Assembly (NCBI GenBank): GCA_051294375.1
Contig: CM119267.1
Location: forward strand, 19,216,773 to 19,280,772
Origin: Paraspadella gotoi
Lineage: Eukaryota > Animalia > Chaetognatha
Direction of reading: 5' to 3'
DNA: 64,000 bases
Shown one piece after another: positions 54,658 to 64,000 of the stretch (position 1 is the stretch's first letter; each line of letters opens with the position of its first letter). The translations under genes and the position numbers were made by a program. The notes beneath the pieces are model-generated. The model had not been told where the DNA came from. It was given only the letters and a program-made list of their open reading frames with translations, and ran no database searches.

Positions 54658-54765
54658 TTTGGCGGATTCCTGTCCGCACTCGCTCCGGTCACGCCACCAC
54701 TTTTTTTAACCTAAAACGCTTCCCCGTCCTCTTGTAGCTTAAGAATCTGGAGTGATATGCAACTC
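54658..54765 (-). CDS. Gria: Flip/flop-position cassette exon A (SCISLQILKLQEDGEAF[R]LK[K]KWWRDRSECGQESAK), frameshifted as assembled
   Basis: ccaag|G acceptor, AAA|GTAAGA donor. 108 nt rather than 3n+1; the disruption lies in the T4/A7 homopolymers (GCGTTTTAGGTTAAAAAAAGTGG). Confidence 0.75.
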
Positions 54766-56212
54766 CTTGGGTTTTTTTTTTTTTTTTGGTTGTGGAAAAA
54801 GTCGGTGGTGCGGGAGAAATCATGGTCAAGGTTTGTGTTAATTAGAATGACACCCATGTTAGAGCCGTTAGTTTTGAAAAAGAGAGAGAGAGAGAGAGAG
54901 ATATGAGAAATTTGAAAAAAAAATTGAGGTTAGGAAAAAAAGATGTATATATATGAATTTTTCGATACAGAGTATGACTAAAAACAATAAATAAAAATGC
55001 AAAAGATTATTTCTATTTTTTTTTGTTCGTTTTTTTCTTTTGAAAACATGCAAGTGAGTTAGTAGCGAGGAAAATTTTGATCGTAAAAGAAATCGGTTTG
55101 TGGAGGCCTAACTCATTGAGCTCGTTAACTGATTCGTCTTCATGATTCTGGTTAGTTAGCGATGACAAGTTAGTAGCGGATGAAAAATTAATGCAAAGAA
55201 ACTAAAATATAATAATGCAAGTTGACAGCATTAAATGTTACGTATAACTCATGTAAAGTAATTTAAAACTTTTAAAACTTAAAACTTTACGCAAACATTC
55301 AATGTTGAGAACTATGCAAAATAAAAAAATATACCCATCATCAGTTTATTTTAAGAACTTTCTAGCTTAAATATTAGTTAATTCAAGAACTTTATATAAA
55401 AATTTTGAGTTTGTTAATAAAAATAAAAAACTATAGAGTTGCACTAACTTTACCAATTATCTATGTATAAAACAAAGGTAAAAAATTAACTTAAAAATTA
55501 AAAAAAAATAATAATAACGCAACCGAAACTCGATCGCGTCCTCATTAATTCTACATCGGCAAAAGTTTAGTCATTCAGAGTCACCAAACGAAAGCAAAAC
55601 TAACGATGAGAAGAGAAAACAAATGAACAGTCCAATTAGTGATTCGTTTTTTGTGTGAATTTGAAAAAAAAAAAAGAATTTTTTTTTGCATCATGCAATT
55701 TCCATCTATGACGCCTCGTGTAGTTCGGCGGAAATAAAAATAACTGTCTCAAATTTTGATTAAAAAAAAAAAACCAAAAGATAAAGAATCCTCGCTCGAA
55801 TAATGCGTTAAAAGTAAAAAAATTAATTAGAAATAGTTTTGTATAGGGCGATAAAAAACGGTTAAAATTATTAAAATTATTATTAAAATTAATATATTTT
55901 TTGGACTTGTGTTTATTTATGTTCGAATGAAATATTTATATTAACCCAACAAATATTTATATTAACCCAACCTTAACGTTATATGGCTGTCTACTTTTTT
56001 AATAAACTATAATTAACTAATTCCAAAAAATTGTCCTTATTAACATTCGTATTCTTAACTTATTTATTTTTTATTTATTATTTATTTATTATTTATATTT
56101 ATTTATTATTTATATTTATTTATTATTTATATTTACTTATATTTATTTTTATTTATTTTTATTTATATTTATTTATTTATTTATTTATTNNNNNNNNNNN
56201 NNNNNNNNNTAT

Positions 56213-56243
<31 letters not shown>

Positions 56244-56275
56244 TTATTAATTACAATATCAGTTTAAGTTTTCTA

Positions 56276-56452
<177 letters not shown>

Positions 56453-56867
56453 TTATAATTTATTCAATGAAATGATTAATTTGTACTAATTTTATATTCC
56501 TCAGCTCCTTATATTTTGATGCCAAGTGCGTACAATGATTTTTCCGTCTTATACATAAGAATAACAGGGTGAATATTTTTCCAACAGCATTTATGAGAAA
56601 GCAAAGCACTCCGGAGAATCTTGATGAACGTTTGCTGGGCTAAAATAATGGAGGGAATTTGAGGCCCTAAGCTACCACAGCTTGACAACTGTCCAGTTTA
56701 TTTATATTATTATTATTTATCGAATAAAAGGATAATTTCTGATATTGATAATTTCACATACTGCTAAACTACGTAATTGTTCAAATCTTCGCAACAACAA
56801 AATCAAAATCCACCACCACATCGGCATCGCCTTCGACAGCAAGCATTCCTCCCAAACCAAAACTGAC

Positions 56868-56999
56868 CGAGAAGAAAGGCATATTTTCCCTTGGACCTCC
56901 GCACACGTTCAACGCCTTCGTCGGTAGACTGTACAAAAACGTTCGGCTGGGCGTGCTCATGAAGGCCCACATGCGTTCGTAGACGGCGATCTTCGACGT
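56868..56999 (-). CDS. Gria: iGluR S2 exon ([42 protein letters not shown]), 1-nt frameshift near 56952
   Basis: The two halves sit in adjacent frames (ORFs 56781..56972 and 56803..57087); canonical splice sites. Confidence 0.9.
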
Positions 57000-57340
57000 C
57001 TATTAGCGGGAGCAGGGACATGGGTTGGGGGGGGACAAGGAAGAGAAAGTGCGTTTGCTGTGAATTTATTGGTGATTGAGTTTGCAATTATTTTATCACA
57101 TTTAACACATTGATTGATTTGAGTTTTTTTTCTCCCTTTTTACTCATTGATAGTTTTTTTTTTTTTAATTCCAATGATTATTAGTTTTATTTATTCATGG
57201 ATTCTTTGTTTTATTTGTGGATCGATTGATTAAATAATTTGTCTATTTATTAACTCGGTAAATAGAATTTTTTTGATTGTGTAACAAATTAAAACCTCAC
57301 TTAGTTAAAAATTTATAATAAATAATTGAGAGTCTCTCAC

Positions 57341-57444
57341 CTTGAAGAATTCCTTGGTTGAGCCTGAGTCTAAGGATCCGTAACGGATTTCAGTCTGTTT
57401 GGCCAGATCGTCTGCCCCTTCGATGGGCGTCAACATTCTCTCGA
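57341..57444 (-). CDS. Gria: iGluR S2 start exon ([35 protein letters not shown])
   Basis: AMPA-like [20 protein letters not shown]; ctcag| acceptor and AAG|GTGAGA donor. Confidence 0.96.
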
Positions 57445-57599
57445 CTGAGAAACGGAGGTGGGGGGCGTAAGGGTGGGCAGGGTGGGGAAGGTAAAGAAGG
57501 AGGGACAATTGGGAAAGGGGGGTCGGGGAAAGTTTGTGGGCGTTGGGGAAATGGGATTAGAAATCTCGTTTCAATCGGAGATTAAACCATTAGGCAATA

Positions 57600-58206
<607 letters not shown>

Positions 58207-59495
58207 TTAAAAATCCCCTCGGTCGGTTCACATCAATGGTATCGCTTAATGAATATTTTTTCCTTATGAAAAAAAAAAATTTTTTTTCTTCGATAAAAAA
58301 AATAAAGGGAAAGATAATTGAATGGAAGGAATTAACGATTGTCTTATGCAAGCAACAAGCAAGTGAAAATATCTTTCGTATAGAAAGTAATCATATAAAA
58401 AGATGGAAAAAAATGGACGGATATACGGAACGACGGAAGATCGAACTTCCAACGTCGTTTTTGTTTTTTTTTATTTTAATTATTTCAAAGTTTAACTTTT
58501 TGGTTAAATCGAGAGAGTTTTTATTTTTTTCTTTTTAGGGAGGGAATTTTATGTATATGTATATTAAAATTTTTCTTCTTTTAAAATATTAAAACTATTT
58601 CGAAAACCGAACATGCTACCACAAATTTCTTTTTATCGAATTGACTACGAAATTCATGCCTTAAAAATGGTTCTATAGAGGAGAATAAAATATAAAATTA
58701 TATTTAATTATAAAAAATAATTTTCTATAATTTTCAGCCATGGTTGTGACGTTATCTTTTATTTTTAGGGATATAATATAAAGTTAGAATAAGGGAGACG
58801 ATTTGTTAACGACGCACTGGACTTCACCAAAGAGCCTTTTTTCGTTTAATCGTTTTTGTTTTGTCTAATTGTAGTATAACGGTACTACTTTTTTTTTGGA
58901 GGTGCCTAAATTTCATTACCATTACCACAACGACAAGAAATTCGTCATGCTTTTTCTATAAAACACAAATGTGCCGTGAAATACACTGTGCTACAGTTCT
59001 ATATTCATCGTGAAATGTAATTACGATGCGATCTTGGGCTTTAAAATGTTTACAATTTGAGGACTGTTTTTTTTTCTAAAAAAAAACCCTGATTTTTCTA
59101 AAAATAAATAATGATTCTGAATTAAACAGCTTTAGACAAAAGTAATACTTAAAAAAAATGTATTGCTGAGAATTGCGTGCAAGATTCATGCTGCTGTCCT
59201 CGTTTGAATGTAATTTCTTCCATTTGCTCTAATAATACTGTATTACAAAAACTTTTAAATTTTAAAGTAATACAAGTAAAGAAAGAGGCGAAATCGCCTG
59301 GCATAATAAAATAAATCAATTCCGTTTTATAACAAATAGTAAAACACCTCAACGAAGCACGAGCCGATATGTTATTGTGTGTAATGATAATAAGCCAACT
59401 GTCATGCTCAAAATACGAACTTTTATTTTAAAAGCTCACTCAAAAAAAGAAAAAAAAAACACTTTATGTGCTCTCTCGTTTCTGCGTGGATCACG

Positions 59496-59548
<53 letters not shown>

Positions 59549-59575
59549 GAAAGAGAAAGAGAGAAGAAAACGTAC

Positions 59576-59939
59576 CGGGGCGAGAGTTCGACCCCTTGTC
59601 GCATGAGAGCCCCAAAGTTAAACCAAAAACTGTTGAAAATAGTAAAGTCGTTGGTGGGTCTGGGCGGGCCCCGTTTGACGGTCTTTTTTTTCTTCCTTCC
59701 TAGGGTTCCGGGGCGATCGTCGGCCCCGGGATCAAATCCTGGGTCGCCCCTACGGACGTCGAAGAGTCGGGGGTTGACCGAGGCGTCGGCGGGTCTCAGG
59801 GGAACGCCACGATAGCGCAACTCTGGTTGAGGTTCCCCGCGGAAACCATAGCTGTATTTGTGCTGCGGAGAATTAGGCGCGGAATGCGTGGCGGCTGTCT
59901 GCGGCGGCGGCGGCGGCAGAGGTAATTCATCGAAACTCG
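59576..59939 (-). CDS. Gria: Alternative M2 pore-loop exon with genomic Arg at the Q/R site (...[41 protein letters not shown])
   Basis: Paralogous to the 62000-62160 exon, open frame, phase-2 donor CCCCG|GTACGT matches the M3 exon. The 5' boundary is uncertain. Confidence 0.8.
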
Positions 59940-61999
59940 CTGCAGCCAAAAACCCAGGGTTTTTTGGGGTTGTTGTTGTTTTCGAGGTCGGAGGTTAAGA
60001 AATTCACATGGCTTGAAATTTTTTTTTCATATTTATTTTCTGTGAATTTAACCAAGGTAGAAAAACATAAAATTTACTTTTGTGCCAAAAAAGATGATAC
60101 TATTAGACTTTAAAAAAAAATATAATGTTAAATAGGCTTATCAATAATATAAAAACAATCTTCATGAATACACTTAGGCCATGGAATTTCTCAACCCCCG
60201 CCCCCTGTCCGTCTCTCCCTCCCCCATAAATTTTCGTACGTTCCACATTTTGACGGGATACAGTTTTGGAAGGGAACAAAGGTTGGTTAACGGGACTGTT
60301 TCGACTGTGAATGTTAGCTGAAAGGTTCGAGGCCCTCTGTCCTCTTTATTGTAATATGCATGAGGGAAATAAAAAAGAGAGAAAACATACATGAAAAAGG
60401 TTGGAATCGGAAAAAGAATTCATCAAATATGGTGCGTGTCTTCTTCTTTGTTAATTTTTAAAAAAGCAAAGATTTACGAAGCGAGGATGGCTTATTTATA
60501 TATTTTATTTGCGTCTTGACTAGGCATAAACTAGACTTTTTTTTACAGTATTTTATTTATAGAAAATCAAAAAGCCAGATAAACATTTTTTTCTTATTTA
60601 GGTTGACGTTTACACTTAAAGTCACTTCCATGGCTGAAACGAAAAAGCGATTACTGAATCTAATGATGAATTCTTTGTCGGAAAAAAGTCACTACTGAAA
60701 AACCACGAGTAAGGCGCGGGCCGGTTAAAATCAACCCAAAAAAAAAGTCAACATAAACAATCGGCCAAAGAAAAGAGCAACAACAAAAAATCCGTTGACA
60801 GAAAGCAGAAAAAAAAATCAAAAGAAAAGCAATGGCGTTTGTCATCGCATGCAGTCGATGAAGCGAAAGTTCTAACGTCAAACCCCAATTTTTTGTTTTG
60901 GTCACACGTTGCCATGACTACCTATATGTTTGCAATCATCTCGTACTACTCTAAACTTATTATATAAAAAAATATTCAAATTTATAATTTTAAAATGTTT
61001 TGATTTTAGTTTTTCAGTAGGTTTTAGCCAGATCATCAAAAACATTTTATTTTTTGATATCATTTTAAGCCATGAAAGTGACTATAAAATATTTATTTTG
61101 ACATATTTTTTTATGACGAAACTTTTATTTTCAATTCTTATTCTCGATGGTTGAAATTTTTCTCCCACCAAAGGTGCAGTAAGATTTAACTAGCCTAGGA
61201 TATATCGAGTATGATTATTTCTAACAAAAATGCTAAATTGCTTACATAAGGATGTGCTGTGCCGAATTTCGTATAGTAAATTTCGTATAGAAAGGCAACT
61301 GTGCCATGCTCATAAGGCATAGAGGCATAGAGGCTTCTGTGCCATGCTGGTAAAGTGCGCGCTCCCGATATCGTTGGGGCCAATTAACGATTATATCTAA
61401 AAGTTTACTCTCAGATTTATAGAGTAATACAAAAATTTATAACAATTTCTTTTTTTATTCGAGCGCTTGCTGTTTCACCAAATAATCGCCTAGGTAAGCA
61501 ATATCTCGTATACTTGATAATTAACATTTTTTAAATATTATATAATACCAAAAAATTTTAAAAAACGGATCATTTTGTAATCGTTTTGCTAAGTATTGAT
61601 AAAAAGTTATCTCTTTAAATGACCTTACCCCTCCCCCCATCCTTTTTTTTTAATTTTCGTTACAATAAAAATATTTTGATTATATATTATCTCTTTTTGT
61701 TTTTCCTTCTCACTTCATATTTTTTTTAACTCTCTCAAATCTCAATGTTGCAACCTTTTTTTAAAATTAAATTTTTAATAGTTCTGAAACGTTTTCTCAA
61801 TTCTAAAAAAGTATCTTAAATATATCTTCACCTCTTAACATCGTCTAAAAACATAATCAGATCAAGCTTTTTAAAAAAAATATCAAGCGCTCATAGTTAA
61901 ACATAGTATCCGCAATATGAAGCGCAATTGTCGCCGGCGCCTTGATCGAGGATAAACAAACAAAGCTCTCGGAGTCCGGGGTTGCCAATGGCGACTGAC

Positions 62000-62160
62000 C
62001 TGGGCGAGATGTCCGTGCCTTGTTGCATGAAGGCTCCCAACGAGAACCAGAAGCTGTTGAAGATTGTGAAGTCGTTGGTGACGCTGGGGCCGTCGATCGT
62101 CTCCTCCACCCGCCATTCGTAGGGAGAGAATCGACTCACCAGAAACAGCACCACCGACAC
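62000..62160 (-). CDS. Gria: iGluR M1-end/M2 exon, Q form ([54 protein letters not shown])
   Basis: AMPA-type M2 signature; ttcag| acceptor, CCCAG|GTCAGT donor. Confidence 0.97.
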
Positions 62161-62714
62161 CTGAAGGTCACGGTTTTCGTTTCCTTGTTTATTATTTGCT
62201 TTCCTTGTTTCGTTGTCTGTTTTACGACAAATCGCGGAATTTCTTTTTTCCAAAAAAACAAAAAAATTAAATCCCAGTGGTGTCTTTGATTTAATCCACC
62301 GACCAATTTTCGTAATACCGCGGGGATTGAACGCGTGACCTTAAGTTAAGCTTTTGAAAAGGGAAAAAAACAATATCATTTCTATTTTTTCGGGTCGTCA
62401 GTGAAAAAATTTTAAGAGTTTTTACTTTTCTTTTTCACGATGTTTTTTTTTGTTTTTTTTTCTTTTTTTTTTTTAATAAAAAAGCAATTTTAAGTCTTTT
62501 AAGCCCCGACCCCAGCTGGCACACGCGGAAGCATTTTTGTCTTGGAAAAAATTGTTAGCCTCAATATACATCCGATCGACAATAACTTGAAATATAGATA
62601 TTGTTTTTGTCCTTGAACCCACAAATTTCGCCCCCCCCTCTCTATCCTCAAACTCTCTCTCACTCTCTCCTCTCATCTTCTCTCTCTCTCTCTCTCTCCT
62701 CTCTCCTCTCTCTC

Positions 62715-62746
<32 letters not shown>

Positions 62747-63160
62747 CAACGCGAAAGAAAAAGTGTCTGCAAGATCGATGCTTTTTTCCTCGTCTTCTCA
62801 TTCTCTCTCCTTTTTCGAGTTTTTTTTTTTCGCGGGAAAGGGTTTTTCGCCCACCATCCCAACAAAACTACGAATAACAACCAAAATTTTAAGAAAAAAA
62901 ATAGCCTCGAAAATTTAAAAAAAAAAAAACAACCAAACTAATCAACCAAACACCATAAAATTAACAAACCCTCGGCCCAATGAATCGACTAACACAAACA
63001 ATCACACGATCTCGCATACAAACCAACAAACCAGTCAGCCTACCAAGGAGCCGACCGGAACCCAACAAACGAGTTAGCAATTAATCAATAAACAAACCAA
63101 CCATTTATTAACCAAGCGAACCCCCGAACCAATCAAAGAAATCAACATACCCATCAATTA

Positions 63161-63508
<348 letters not shown>

Positions 63509-64000
63509 TTATTAACGGTTTGGAAAGAGTAATGGTGATCGTCGTACGTCTCGTCGTCTGTCCGTCGATTCAATCCTCCTTTCTTACGATCGTTATGCTA
63601 TTTCTTTTTTCTTTTCTTCCTCTTATTTTCTTTTCGTTCTCCTGCTCATCCGTTCTTTCCGCTTTAAAACAAGGAAAAAAGAAAGGAAACCAATGATGAT
63701 GTTTCCTCTCTCTTCGCTCGGGTATAGGTGCGAATTGAAAAACGAGAACGCCGGGGTCCGAACGGCTGCCGCTCCGAAAACCCAACCCGCCCCTCCCTCT
63801 TTCCCGTCGACCCCCCTCAACCTCCTGCTGCAGCCGCCCCGCTCGCCTCCGCTCCGTTCCGCTGGCTGGTCTCATATAGACAAAAAAGCGTAAATTTTTT
63901 CCCTTTCCATCTTCCATCTTTATTTCGGTTAATCTAATCTGAAACGGGACAAAGAGAATAGGCGGAGTCCGGCTGCGTTTCGCAGCTTCTGGCGTTGGCG

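Noticed and set aside
60100-60905. Hydrophobic peptides (VFILLISLFN, IAFLLIFFSAF) as a second M1-end exon for the R isoform
   Set aside because: No RFSPYEW-like motif or fitting splice sites; the hydrophobicity follows from T-rich sequence.

Overview
AT-rich, microsatellite-laden invertebrate (bilaterian-looking) eukaryotic genomic DNA with N-gaps and signs of long-read indel noise. It holds two convergent multi-exon genes. (1) On the + strand (~13.0-40.0 kb, with possible alternative first exons at 2.3 and 32.4 kb) is a Shroom-family gene with a C-terminal ASD2/SD2 domain. (2) On the - strand (63.4 to 46.1 kb, 5' part beyond the window) is the S1-M1-M2-M3-S2-M4-CTD half of an AMPA-type ionotropic glutamate receptor. 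The receptor gene is the standout. It has two tandem copies of the M2 pore-loop exon, one encoding MQQG and one genomically encoding MRQG, which suggests a Q/R switch made by splicing rather than A-to-I editing. It also has five tandem paralogous flip/flop-position cassette exons, sense-strand enrichment of TGCATG (RBFOX) motifs around them, a 30-nt C-tail microexon and tandem donors. The exon structures come from reading the sequence; isoform usage is inferred and needs RNA evidence.
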